Positions 12,472 to 25,169 of a stretch of DNA of 64,000 bases are shown in pieces (within the stretch, counting starts at the first letter, position 1; each line of letters starts with the position of its first letter). The translations under genes and the position numbers were made by a program. The notes under the pieces are model-generated. The model made no database searches, was not told the origin of the DNA, and worked only from the letters and a program-made list of their open reading frames with translations. The DNA comes from Octopus vulgaris (Eukaryota), in the NCBI GenBank assembly GCA_951406725.2, contig OX597820.1, forward strand, positions 18,910,001 through 18,974,000, in the 5' to 3' direction.

Positions 12472-12889
12472 GGCGCAGGAGTGGCTGTGTGGTAAGTAGC
12501 TTGCTAACCAACCACATGGTTCTGGGTTCAATCCCACTGCGTGGCATCTTGGGCAAGTGTCTTCTGCTATAGCCCCGGGCCGACCGAAGCCTTGTGAGTG
12601 GATTTGGTAGACGGAAACTGAAAGAAGCCTGTCGTATATATATATATATAAATGTATGTGTGTGTGTGTTTGTGTGTCTGTGTTTGTCCCCCTAGCATTG
12701 CTTGACAACCGATGCTGGTGTGTGTTTACGTCCCCGTCACTTAGCGGTTTGGCAAAAGAGACCGATATAATAAGTACTGGGCTTACAAAGAATAAGTCTC
12801 GGGGTCGATTTGCTCGACTAAAGGCGGTGCTCCAGCATGGCCGCAGTCAAATGACTGAAACAAGTAAAAGAGTAAAGAGTAAAGAGAGA
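12472..12889 (+). mobile_element. SINE family A, full length, low divergence
   Basis: Complete head to (AGTAAAAG)n tail; interrupts the repeat homologous to 8711-9186. Confidence 0.9.
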
Positions 12890-13474
12890 TGAATTATTGA
12901 GGATGGAAGTGGCCATAGGTCAGCGAGTAATGCGATCAATAGCCATCAATATGCATGAATAACAGATTCAAAGCAAATAGCAAGCCAACAATAAGGACAA
13001 GTACACGTGTAAATCTGTCTTCATGATTGACAAATACACCTAGATTTATACGTGGAGTTGTATACTTATGCATTTTAACATGATAACATCTTGTTTAGTA
13101 TCAGCTGCCTTTCGTTGACGATCAAATAAAATTGGTTCCTGTCAAGTTGAGAATCCTAATTTCCAAGAGTGTGATAGTTCACTGAAGATGTTAAGAAAAT
13201 GTGCTTGTCGTGATAAGGGTGGTACTTAAAGACGAAATTTTCACGTGGAACTATCACCGAAAAATTTCCAGACTGTTACTGAGCATGCTGACCTCTATCA
13301 AGTTATGTCAACATAGGTAGACATTGATTTTAGAAATGGTTTTAGATGCTGTTGAAAAGTAAATGCTGTCTGAGAAACAGTGTGCCAGCCACAACGTTGT
13401 CAGTATCACTCTTCATGTACATATATTGGAGACAAAATCAGGATGGCAGGTTTTTATAGGTGAACGTTGGTTAA

Positions 13475-13554
<80 letters not shown>

Positions 13555-13609
13555 CTTAGATAAAACTTAGATATGTTTCGACCAAAGATTGGTCCAGGCC
13601 ATGTCTAAC

Positions 13610-13648
<39 letters not shown>

Positions 13649-13762
13649 TATATAATAATAATATTAGGGAGTATATCCAAACTTACAGGGAAAAATTAGA
13701 TTTAGGATTAAATCAAATTTCACAGTATAAATATAAATTAAATTAGAGATAAAACCACTATT

Positions 13763-13945
13763 AGGCCGGGCCAGCCAGGCATCCAAAACAGGGCCAGGCA
13801 GCCAGCCTAGGCCAGTTTCCAGCCCAAAAACCAAGGCTGGGCCAGCCAGACATCCAGAACAGGGCCAGCCAGCCTAGGCCAGTTTCCAGCCAGAAAACCA
13901 AGGCCGGGCCAGCCAGGCATCCAGAACATGGCCAGCCAGCCAGCA
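13763..13945. repeat. GC-rich minisatellite, ~66-70-bp unit, ~2.6 copies
   Basis: aggccgggccagccaggcatccagaacagggccagccagcctaggccagtttccagcc..aaaacca repeated. Confidence 0.85.
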
Positions 13946-14546
13946 CACACACATATATATGTATATACAGTATCTCACAGAAGTATGTACACCCTTAAAA
14001 ATTTTCAGTAAAATTGCAATTACTCTGATAATATCGAAAGAAATCAAACGAGATTTATACTGAATAAAACATATTATACATGCAAACATTATACAAACAA
14101 TAAACATTTTCAAAGATATGAATGAAAATATTAATTTTCAAACATTACAAGAATATGTACGCCCTAAAGGAAATTTGCTATATTCAATATTCTATCCACT
14201 TTTTTTTTTTTTAACTAAATTCAGATATTGCTGATAATTTCAATTCTAATAAATTATTTCTCCTGGCATTTCTGCACTGGTCATTGTTATTGCATCTGCA
14301 GGAATTCTGATTTGTGTACAGTGGTGAAAATCTTCATTGTGATTAAAATGGTACCAAAAGGAAAAGAAATCTCTGAACGTTTGAATAAAATTATTTTTAA
14401 TTTGCACAAGAATGTTTTTGGATACAAGATAATCAACAAACGAATACGTATTAGAGCAAACACAGTTGCCAAGGTAATTCAAAAGTACAAAGCTACTGAA
14501 CAGCTAAGCATTAAACATTGCCCAGGTTGTCCTCTTTTAACTGATA

Positions 14547-14837
14547 CTAGCACTATGACCTGGCAACGCCGGGTCATCACATACAGCTAGCTGGCATTCA
14601 ATTGGCGTATCAAGTTTCGGGCATTTTGATAGGGTTTTGGATAGAAAATTCACAAAAAAGTCACTTCTGTTGATTTTTGAAAGGCTTTGTCGGGTGACTG
14701 GGGAAATGTAAAAATGTGCATGACCATCCTTGGACGGTTTTGAATGACCATAGAAAGTGCGAGCCCTCTAACTGAACAATTGTGGATTTGTATAAAGGAC
14801 ACACACACAGACATTTTGCCGTTTATATATATAGAGA
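14547..14837 (-). mobile_element. Non-autonomous Helitron inserted in Tc1 transposase
   Basis: Minus-strand 5' TC, 3' hairpin TGACCCGG-cgttg-CCAGGTCA then CTAG, inserted between A and T; removal restores the frame LLTD-I-PDIYHIKR. Confidence 0.85.
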
Positions 14838-15034
14838 TTCCTGATATTTACCACATCAAACGTTGCATGATGGATGACGGGCGTTGTACAGCTTCATAGT
14901 TGGTCCAAGAAGTATCTTCTGCTAGTGGAAAGAGTGTATCCGCCCAAACAGTTCACTGAAGTTTGGACCAGTGTAGTCTTCAGGGACACATTTTTCATAA
15001 GAAACCTCTCCCTGTTACCAGGTACTACCAGTTG

Positions 15035-15256
15035 AAGGCGGTGAGCTGGCAGAATCATTAGCATGCTGGGCGAAATGCTTGGCAGTATTTCGTCTGCTGC
15101 TACGTTCTGAGTTCAAGTTCCGCCGAGGTCGACTTTGCCTTTCATCCTTTTGGGGTCAATTAAATAAGTACCAGTTACGCACTGGGCTCGATATAATCGA
15201 CTTAATCCGTTTGTTTGTCCTCTCTGTGTTTAGATCCTTGTGGGTAGTAAAGAAAT
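15035..15256 (+). mobile_element. SINE family C with 15-bp TSD
   Basis: aggtactaccagttg at 15020-15034 and 15257-15271. Confidence 0.9.
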
Positions 15257-15546
15257 AGGTACTACCAGTTGTTTTTTTCTTTTTTGCCGAAATCTATGTG
15301 AGTAAGGGGAAGGAGTTTTGGAATAAAATTCTTTTTTCTGACGAGACTAAAATCCACTCTTTTGGGTCAGATGGTGTTAAACTAGTACGACGATGACCAG
15401 GTGAAGATAGTAGCGACAAATACACCGTGCCTACCGTGAAACATAGCGGCGGAAGTGTTATGCTTTAGGAATGCATGAATGCAGCTGGTGTCGGAGGACT
15501 CACATTTATTGAAAGAACAATGGATTCAAGGCTTTATTGTGACGTA

Positions 15547-16350
15547 CCGTATATACTTGACTATAAAACACCCTTGCTGATAAGACGCACCTCCGACTTA
15601 CAAGATTCAAATGGGGATCTTTTTTGATGTTGGAGAGCAAAGTTTGATTAGGAATTGTGCTGACATAGCTGCTGTTCGATAACCGAGCTTTCAGTCGGAT
15701 ATACCATGTTCTTTAGTCACTTGGAGAGCTTGCAATCTAATGATGTTTCTCATGATAACAAGTCCATTTGTAAGTAATTCAGTCGCCCAGTCTCTCAAAA
15801 TAGTCTCCATTTTCTCATTGAGACCCATTCCTATCTTTTATCTTTTACTTTTTTCAGTCATTTGACTGCGGCCATGCTGGAGCACCGCCTTTAGTCGAGC
15901 AAATCGACCCTGGGACTTATTCTTTGTAAGCCCAGTACTTATTCTATTTGTCTCTTTTGCTGAACCGCTGACACACATACATTTATATATATACATATAT
16001 ACAACAGGCTTCTTTCAGTGTCTGCCTACCAAATCCACTCACAAGGCATTTGTCAGCCCAGGGCTATAGCAGAAGACACTTGCCCAAGATGCCACGCAGT
16101 GGGACTGAACCCGGAACCATGTGGTTGGTTAGCAAGCTACTTACCACACAGCCACTCCTGCACCTAATTTTCTTTAACAACTTGATGTCAACGTATTTCA
16201 TTTTCTCCTCTTTCAAACACTAATCCCTGACCATTTTTTCTGAGACCCGAAATTTTCTTTCTGCAGCTCGATTCGAATGCAACTTTGCATGTTCAACAAC
16301 TTTCAGCTTGAAAGTGATATCATACGAATTCCTCTTTCTTTTCATGTTAA
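15547..16350 (-). mobile_element. pogo-like transposon remnant (Brinker-type and CENP-B-type HTH coding), split by a SINE
   Basis: TIR-like ta-CCGTATATACTTGACTATAA at 15547; MKRKRNSYDITFKLKVVEHAKLHSNRAAERKFRVSEKMVRD (16347-16223) and EKMETILRDWATELLTNGLVIMRNIIRLQALQV (~15830-15700). Confidence 0.8.
15833..16165 (-). mobile_element. SINE family A (internally deleted) inside pogo-like element
   Basis: Family A head and tail on minus strand. Confidence 0.85.
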
Positions 16351-16389
16351 CAAATAACATGGCGTGGAAAGGCAGGTACAGTACAAAAA

Positions 16390-16795
16390 CGCACTGGGAT
16401 TGATGTAATTGACTTAATCCATTTGTCTGTCCTTGTTTGTCCCCTCTGTGGGCAATAAAGAAATACATTGTTGAAGATATTTGCTTGTGTTGCTACACAG
16501 TAGGACTGAACCTGAAACTACGTGGTTGCAAAGTGAGCTTCTGAGCCATACATCTGTCTTTACGTTCTGAGTTCAAATTCTGCCAAGATTGACTTTGCCT
16601 TTCATCCTTTCGGAGTCGATTAAATAAGTACCAGTTACACACTGGGGTCAATGTAATTGACTTAATCCATTTGTCTGTCTCCTCTGTGGGCAATAAAGAA
16701 ATATATTGTTGAAGATACTTGCTTGTGTTGCTCCGCAGTAGGACTGAACTCAAAACTACAGGATTGCAAAGCGAGCTTCTGAGTCATACAGCCAT
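16390..16795. repeat. Tandem duplication (~250-bp period) of a SINE C / SINE A fragment composite
   Basis: cactggg..tgtaattgacttaatccatttgtctgtc...gtaggactgaac...gagcttctgag.cataca occurs at ~16392 and ~16640. Confidence 0.7.
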
Positions 16796-17285
16796 ACCCA
16801 CACAATTTTATTTCATGGAACTGCAACACTAGGTGAAAACCATTTTTACGAAAGTGTAAAATAAAAAAATTTAGAAAAGGTTATTTCTACTCCTTGATCG
16901 CTGAAAAAGGAGTAAAACATTTATATTTACGGAAAAAAAAAGATTTAATTTCATAAAATACTTAAATAATTCTAGCAAAATATATTTTCACTGTTTGATA
17001 TTTTTAAAAGCCAAACTAGTTGGGTAAAAAAGATTACGTCAAGATGAAATTTAGATTAAATTTTGAGAATAGTGTTTTGTACAGTACAGTAGTTACAGCT
17101 GTACCAAAAAAGATGATCATTGCTTACGAAAGAAGATACATGCAGAACCAAATATGGTGGCCTTTTTAAAAACAATGGTTTTCAAATGGTATTTGCTTTA
17201 TTAACAATTCTGTGCGTGTGTGTGTGTGTGCGCGCGTCTTATATTCAGAAACTGCCATGTGAAGATCTGCAAAAAGTATAAATTG

Positions 17286-17370
<85 letters not shown>

Positions 17371-17399
17371 CATTATTATTATCATTATCATTGTTATCT

Positions 17400-18310
17400 T
17401 TTTTTTCTTCTTTCAAATTTGCTTCCATTTCTTGCCGAGTGTCTTCCCGACTCCTAGGGCAAAGAAACTCATAGTATACATTGGTAGGCCATTAAACTAA
17501 ACTCACTAGTTCGTTCATTTTTTTTTTTTTATAGAAATAAAGTTAAATTAAAATACATGGGTAGTAATAGTTCTCACATCGACAATGCTCTTCTCAATAC
17601 GTGTGATGTACCAGTTAAGACAATCTTTTGCACTTCTTGCAGGGATCATTCTCATATAATTTTCGGTTCCCTTCTTGATCATTCCTAGTGCTCCTACGAT
17701 CACTGGTATTGTAACCGCCTTGAGATGCCACATTTTCTCAATTCAATGAGCAGGTCTTTATATTTTCTGAGCTTGTCAAACTCTTTCGCTGAGATATTAT
17801 GATCACAGGGGATGCTCATGTCGATCAATAAGCAAACTTTATTGTTTTGGTCTTTCACAACAATATCCGGTTTATTGGCTTTGATGGTTTGGTCTGTATG
17901 TACTGGAAAGTCCCACAGAATCGTTACATTTTCTGCTTCAGTTACAGCTTCAGGGTGGTGATTATACCACTTGTCGGTAGTTTTGATATTGTAATGCCGA
18001 CTTATTAGCCAGTGTAGATATTGGCCAACTCTGTCATGTCTTAATTTATACTCCACTGGTGCTAAGACTTTACATCCAGAGATTAGGTGGTCCACTGTTT
18101 CAATCATGTCGTTGCAGAATCGGCATTTTGGGTCTGCTCCATTTTTCATCACATTGGCCTGGTAGTTCCGGGTTAATAGGCTTTGATCTTGAGCAGCCAG
18201 GATGAAACCTTCGCTCTCTGCTTTTAGCCCTGAGCTCCGTAGCCATTGATGGGTTTGCTTCTGGTCAACATCAGCTTGTTTGCTACGGGCCACATATTTG
18301 CTGTGCAGAA
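17400..18310 (-). mobile_element. 3' fragment of R4/Dong-like non-LTR retrotransposon (CCHC knuckle + restriction-like endonuclease)
   Basis: ORF 17700-18293: AAQDQ, CRFC..ETVDHLISGC, RHD, WDF, KPDIV..IDMSIP; frameshift to MWHLKAVTIPVIVGALG; flanked by (TAA)n-type tracts. Confidence 0.9.
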
Positions 18311-18317
18311 GTTATTA

Positions 18318-18355
<38 letters not shown>

Positions 18356-18784
18356 TTATGTTTGACTTTTGCTTTGCATTTGTACAAGTTGACTCCAAGA
18401 CTCACCCAGAGACCTCAAGAGACAACAAGTTGGAAGTTCATGTTGGTGTTATGCCTAGGGTGCCATACATTTGGTTTTGTACATAGTGTTGTTCTAGAGA
18501 ATGTTTAAGAAACCATAAGAAAATTATGTTTGTTTAAAAACTTGAGATTACCTAGACAGTATTTTATGTAGGATATGGGCAGTTCCCATGAGCACTATCT
18601 TTTGAATTTCTGCCATTTTTGGATTTCCTGGTATCTGAGCTAGGTAGCAATCAGCCCCTTTTGCTATCATTCCCAGGGCACCTATGACAACATGTATTGT
18701 TTTAGTTTTCAGGTTCCACATTTTGCTAATATCTATTTCATGATCTTTATACTTGCTCAGTTTTTGGTAGGTCTTGACAGACAC

Positions 18785-18786
<2 letters not shown>
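18356..18786 (-). mobile_element. Second, divergent R4/Dong-like 3' fragment
   Basis: KLSKYKDHEIDISKMWNLKTKTIHVVIGALG...EIQKIVLMGTAHILHKILS plus 3' UTR; (TAA)n both sides. Confidence 0.85.
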
Positions 18787-18824
<38 letters not shown>

Positions 18825-18846
18825 TATTATTATTATTATTATTGGT

Positions 18847-19320
18847 AAGGCTGCAAGCTGGCAGAATCATTAGCACGCTAGGCAAAATGCTTAGCAGTTG
18901 TTTGTCCATCATTACAATCTGAGTTCAAATTACATTCTGAGTTCAAATTCCTCTGAGGTCGACTTTGTGTTTCATCCTTTTCAGGATCAATGAAATAAGT
19001 ACCAGTTATGAAATGGGGTCAATGTAATCGACTTAATCGCCTCCCCCAAGTTGCCCATGTGGAAAAAAATTTGAAATCATTATTATCATCATTGGTAAGG
19101 CAGCAAGCTGGCAGAATCATTAGCACAATGGGCAAACTGCTTAACAGCATTTCGTCCTTCATGATGTTCAGAGTTCAAATTCCGCCGAGGTCGACATTGC
19201 CTTTCATCCTTTTGGGGTTCATGAAATAAGTACCAGTTAAGCGTTGGGGGAGGGGGCATATAATCAACTAGCTTCTTCCCTTTAAATTTCAGGCCTTGTG
19301 CCTATAGTAGAAAGGATTAT
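18847..19320 (+). mobile_element. Two SINE family C copies
   Basis: aagg..gcaagctggcagaatcattagcac head twice (18847, 19097), each with the conserved core. Confidence 0.8.
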
Positions 19321-19339
19321 TTTTATTATTATTATTTTT

Positions 19340-19727
19340 TTTTTTTTTCCTTCTTTCTTCAAATTTTCTTTCGTTTCTTGCCGAGTGTTTTCTGTACACC
19401 TAGGGCAGAGAAGCTCGTTGTATGCATTCCCAGATTACACACGCAAATCCACAGGTAAAATATGTATTTAAGTAAATAAATAAATAAATTCATGAATGGA
19501 TGTTGTTTTCACAGTGATAATGCTCTTCTCAGTACATGAGTTGTTCCAGTTAACACCAATTTTCGCACTTCCTGTAGGGATGGTAAGCCTGGTATCATTT
19601 TCAAATAGGTTTCAGTATCTTTTTTTTTATCATTCCTAGAGGTCCTACAATCACTGGTATTGTAGTCGTCTTGAAATGCCACATTTTTTCAACTTCTATT
19701 AGCAAGTCTTTTATTTTACGGATCTTT
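19340..19727 (-). mobile_element. Third R4/Dong-like 3' fragment
   Basis: KDLLIEVEKMWHFKTTTIPVIVGPLG...LQEVRKLVLTGTTHVLRRALSL*; 3' UTR similar to the 17400 copy; (TAA)n flanks. Confidence 0.85.
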
Positions 19728-19743
19728 ATTATTATTATTATTT

Positions 19744-19923
19744 AAACCCCTCTACATAGCTTTCATGGACTTGGAGAAAGCCTTTGACAGGGTCCCCCCG
19801 ATCCCTTATCTGGTGGGCAATGCGGAAACTGGAGATTGACGAATGGTTAATAAGGGCTGTACAGGCCCTATACAGAGAGGCTGTCAGCAAGGTTAGGATT
19901 GGCAATGAGTATAGTGAAGAATT
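19744..19923 (+). pseudogene. RTE-clade LINE reverse transcriptase fragment
   Basis: KPLYIAFMDLEKAFDRVP / RSLIWWAMRKLEIDEWLIRAVQALYREAVSKVRIGNEYSEE with a +1 frameshift in a C run. Confidence 0.85.
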
Positions 19924-20459
19924 GAACTATATTATTGCAAAGTGAGCTACTTCATCACGAAATGCAGTCATTCCTGTGTCTACAACATAATCTCACCCCC
20001 ACCCCCCACTTTACATCTGGAATTCTTTGAGTTCATCCCTTTCTCCAACAGCATCACTAAATATAAATCCTGACCAGAAGTGGCGCCAGGCATGTCCCAG
20101 AATGTCTTTGATTATTCATTCTATGCATTCACAACTGCACATAATGCATTCTTCACAGTAAACTCCTTTGGAAGTCTTCTGCACAGACCTATTGCCAGAC
20201 TTTGGTAATTGGAGGTGCTTGAAAACTTTCTAGGTTGGCATTGGTTTGTAATAATACTAAAGCGAGTTTCGAAATAAGTATATCACTGTAAACCTGAGGG
20301 TCACCATTGAATTGTGAGGGGGTAGTGCTGTCCAGTGCACCTCCTTAGCAACGGACATGCTTCTGCACCCATATATCTGTTCTTTACTGACAGCACACCA
20401 TTCATGAAATTGTCTTTATACATAACTAGCAAACGCACCTGTCCTTTGGACGGTTTAAT

Positions 20460-21008
20460 AGATAGATAAATAATAAATAGAAAAAATGTGAAAACAACCA
20501 AAAAAAAAAATTTTCTGTAATGCAAATATACGACCATAGATTAAAAAAGTACAGAAAACAGTCAAAATAAAAAATAGACAAAACCTTTCACTTTTATAAT
20601 ATTCTCTAACCAAAACTCTCAAACAATATGCACCAATACTCATAAAAAAATATAGAAAGTAATAATATGCAATTGCAACATATAAATAAATAATAAATCA
20701 AAAAATATGAAAACCACTAAAAACTATTCTTTCATGCCAATATATGACCATATAGATTAAAAAATATGGAAGACCCTACATACAAAAAATCTTTGTGCAT
20801 ACAACAAATTAGAGAAAAATCCGTGTAAATCACCGTTTTTCCCAGTTTGTCCATTTACACAGGAGCGTCAGACAAAATGTTATAGTGCATGACCATCCTT
20901 GGCACATAAGTAATGTACATATAAAGTTTGGTGAAAATCGGTTGAGAATTGTGGAAATGCATACTTTAGTCAAAATACACTCACATACTGTGCATTATAT
21001 ATACTAGA
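20460..21008 (-). mobile_element. Helitron-like non-autonomous element (left boundary uncertain)
   Basis: Minus 5' end a|TCTAGTATATATAATG; shares gtgcatgaccatccttgg with 14547-14837; A-rich subrepeats. Confidence 0.55.
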
Positions 21009-21878
21009 TTAGTTTTCCATTATCTGAAGTTACCTTGGTTACAAAACTGAATCAATGAGGCCAGAATTAGGAAAAAAGTGTATTATATAAATATTATTTC
21101 GATCAGAAGTTCATTCTGAAGATAAGTATAACAATTGTCTAGAAATAGCTAAATCTTATATTTGGCATCTAGTCCTGGTTTTCTGCAGTAGACATGAGAG
21201 TTGTTGGTGTAAAACTTTTGTAAAACTAATAAGAAAAATATATTGTTCGTGATCCTTTTTTGTTAGCGTAATAATTCTTACTATTATAGGCACAAGGCCA
21301 GAAATTTGGGGAGAGGCATTAAGTCGATTACATCGACCCCAGCACTCAACTGGTACCTAATTTATTGACCCTGAAAGGATGAAAGGCAAAGTTGACCTCG
21401 GCGGGATTTGAACTCAGAATGTAGCAGCTGACGAAATACTGCTAAGCATTTCATACAAGGTACAAAAGATTCTGCCAGCTCACTGCTTTTTTTGTTAGCG
21501 TAGTTATGCAATGTGTTAAGGCATGTGGCTTAGTGGTTGGGGCATCCTGTTCACGGTTGCAAGATTGTGAATTCTATTCCTGGCGGTGCATTGTGTTCTT
21601 GAGCAAGACACTTTATTTCAGGTTGCTTTGGTTCACTCAGCTGACAAAAATGACTTGTACCTGTAATTCAAAAGAGCCAGCCTTGTCACATTCTCTGTCC
21701 CCCTGAATCCTCTTAAGAATTACGTTAAAGGTAAGCATGTCTATGGAGTGCTCAGCCACTTTCACGTGCAGGCTGTTCCATTGATCGGATCGACTGGAAC
21801 AACGGAGTTGATTGCACTGATGAGATGGTAATAATGCAATGTTGACAGATCCACACCTTTAAAACAAAGGGTGCATAT

Positions 21879-22475
21879 GTGGAGGCGCAATAGCCCCGTG
21901 GTTAGGGCAGCGGACATTGTAGTCATAGGATCGACATTTCAATTTCCAGACTGGGCGTTGTGAGTGTTTATTGAGCGTAAACACCTAAAGCTCCACAAGG
22001 CTCTGGCAGGATGGTGATGGTGAACCCTGCTGTATAAAATATAGGCGCAGGAGTGGCTGTGCGGTAAGTAGCTTGCTTACCGACCACATGGTTTCGGGTT
22101 CAGTCCCACAGCATGGCACCTTGGGCGAGTATCTTCTACTATAGCCTTGGGCCGACCAAAGCCTTGTGAGTGGATTGGTAGACGGAAACTGAAAAAATCT
22201 CGTCGTATATATATGTGTGTGTGTGTGTTTGTGTGTCTGTGTTTGTCCCCCCAACATCGCTTGACAACCGATGCTGGTGTGTTTATGTGCGCGCGCGCGC
22301 GTCTATATGTTTCACCATCACCGCTTGACAAACGGTGTTGACTAGTTTACGCCCCTTGCAACCTAGTAGTTCGACTAAAGAAATCAATAAAACAGTACTA
22401 GAGTCGATTTGTTTGACTAAAACCCTTTAAAGTGGTGCTCCAGCATGACTGCAGTCCTGTGACCGAAGCACGTAA
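21879..22475 (+). mobile_element. SINE B fragment followed by SINE A
   Basis: Family B head at 21879, family A head at 22044. Confidence 0.8.
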
Positions 22476-22502
22476 AAAAAAAAACAGAAGCAGAAAGGAA
22501 AA

Positions 22503-23015
22503 TCGTTAACCCTCGAGTATAGTCTGCCCTTGAGTATAATACGCAGGGGATTTTTAGGAGGCTGTTCTTCTGAAAAACCTAAACCTTGTGTATAATACGC
22601 ACCCCTTCTCTAACTTGAGTCAAGGAGGTCTATATAACGTCCTTGGTTTGTAAAAATGTATACGGTAACGTCCTTTATTATATTTTGTATATATAACATA
22701 AAGCAAACGTGTAGCATTTTTGTGCATTTTGTTTGCAGAAAATAAAGAAATAACAGTAATAATGTTTAATAAATGTTGCTTATTGCAAGTTATGGATGAT
22801 TCTTTTATGACTTCATTGCTTTCAGGCGTAGCTTAAGGTATTTTCTCGCCCGACATCACAAAATGCGTCTGAATAAACATTGCCGGACAGCATATTGAGA
22901 CTCGAACATTGCTTAGAAAATAATTTTCATTTTTAACCTCGTATATAGTACGCACTAGGGATATTGACCTTTAAATTTTGGGGAAAATATGCGGATTATA
23001 CTCGAGGATTTACGG
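22503..23015 (+). mobile_element. Non-autonomous pogo/Tigger-like element (sibling of 5653-6175)
   Basis: Right TIR tatactcgaggatttacgg-ta; left ..ccctcgagtata; shared internal sequence. Confidence 0.85.
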
Positions 23016-23378
23016 TATTAGTTTTCGATGTGGTACATGAACAGAAATATTTTCAGACAGAAATCAATTCTGATGGGAACATTTAAAACAATGACATTAT
23101 CTGGAAGAAAACTTCATTTGAACTTATTTTTATGTTGTTTCTGTATTTAACTATTTCGTATCTTTAATAAGTTTGGTTTAGTAAATATGAACACTCTTTA
23201 GGACTCTCCTTGATCGTCCGTATCCATTTGGGTCAATTACACATTTAATACCCGACAGGTACGAAAGAGTCCCATTACATAATACAAATTAGCATTTATA
23301 GAAGAAAATGACCAGAGGTTACTCGCACGCCATAGTTTGCCGCCAAAGTATACGAAAGTAGCGTCTGCTGCGGAGTAG

Positions 23379-23400
23379 CCAATCAACGACCGCCACGTCA
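23379..23400 (+). promoter_or_regulatory. ERSE motif (CCAAT-N9-CCACG) overlapping UPRE-like CCACGTCA
   Basis: CCAAT caacgaccg CCACG tca, exact 9-nt spacing, in a locally CpG-rich unique patch. Confidence 0.5.
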
Positions 23401-23794
23401 TTAACTACTGTCCAATTCAATATGGAGGTCAGTCTGTGGCCACCGGCGGGATGATGATGACATCAGTGTTGCTACTGACAGCCAGACTACATCTTCAACG
23501 AACTCTAAATGTCTGTGGATAAATCTATATACATAGAAAAGTCTAAAAACATTGGAATGACATAAGCGAGTTATTTTCATAACTTTCAACAATAATCCCA
23601 GAAAAAAGACATATACATACATACATATATATATATGTATATATATATATGTACATATATAAACACGTTTATCTTAAAACATGAATAGCCGTCTGAAGGT
23701 AGGCTTAACTATTTATGTGTGTAAATCTATCGTATATGCACATGTTTTAACAATGCTATAAAATATAATGGTATTATAGTTTCAGCGGAAAATA

Positions 23795-23884
<90 letters not shown>

Positions 23885-24134
23885 GTATACAAACAAACGT
23901 ATATCTGTATACAAACTTGACTTCGTGCTGTCGGTTCTCCTTTAATAAATAAACCAGCACCAGCTTCCGATGAGTTATAAATTGCTATGAAAGCCCCTCC
24001 ACCCCGATCCTTTCCGAACCCTATTCCCATGTCATTGTGTCCTGATCACCGAATTCAAAGGGTTTGGTTATTCGCTAATGTACGAAAGATACTCTGACTA
24101 ATGTTTACACGATCTGTGCATATGTCTGTATTAT

Positions 24135-24166
<32 letters not shown>

Positions 24167-24507
24167 CTATATACATACATATACACGCTGTGTGTGTGTT
24201 TTAGTCTGTCTCGGTATGTCTGTACGTAAAACACGAAAAAATAGTCTCACGTACAAATTACATTCACACGCTGCATGTTCGTACGAGAGGGAATTTTTTT
24301 CGTCCTCCAATACATAGTGTGATGTCTAATAGCATTCTCTACTTTCGCTTTTACTTTCATATACGCCACTGTTTACATATGCGTTATCTTATCGTCGGGT
24401 CAAACATGCTCGGAGATTATATCTGTCTGTCTGTCCCTCTGTCTATCTACCTGACTATCAATCTATTTATGCCTGACTGTCTTTCTATCTATCCGTCTGT
24501 ATTTATC

Positions 24508-24581
<74 letters not shown>

Positions 24582-24696
24582 AATCTATTCTATTCCATCT
24601 ATCTATCTGCATGAGTGTATGTATGTGTGTATGTGTATATGTATGCATTATAGATATGTTTTATATAATGCACATGTGTATATGATATATATACAC

Positions 24697-24728
<32 letters not shown>

Positions 24729-24807
24729 TACACACCTTAAAATAGATACATATTTTTTGTACACTCCTTAAAATATATATACATAAAATATACTATAAAT
24801 ATGATAT

Positions 24808-24846
<39 letters not shown>

Positions 24847-25169
24847 ATATATATATGTGTGTGTGTGTATGTATGTATGTCAACATTGTCATAATTATGT
24901 CGTACTCCAAATTTACCCGGTATTTATTTATCCAGCACTCATTTTATCTATCTCACATTTTTACCCCTCTGCATTTGATTGCCTTACCGGTGAGAAAATA
25001 AAATAAAACAAAATAAAATAAAATAAAAAATTTCAATTCAAATTACCCGAACCGAAACCAAGACACCCTACCCCTACCTTACCCTACCCCCTACTCTACC
25101 CCCCCCAAAAAAAAATCCAGGCTTTTTTTTTTTTTACTCCAACATATGTAAATATTGAAATTACTATAA

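Larger units (their letters stand above)
13968..15546 (+). mobile_element. Tc1-like DNA transposon remnant (left TIR + interrupted transposase pseudogene)
   Basis: ta-CAGTATCTCACAGAAGTATGTACACCC TIR; MVPKGKEISERL...GYKII...NTVAKVIQKY HTH; VSAQTV, KKPL, WNKILFSDETKI, PTVKHSGGSVML motifs; in-frame stops; truncated before the last catalytic residues. Confidence 0.9.

Noticed and set aside
15335-15350. CTGACGA motif
   Set aside because: Encodes SDETK of the Tc1 transposase
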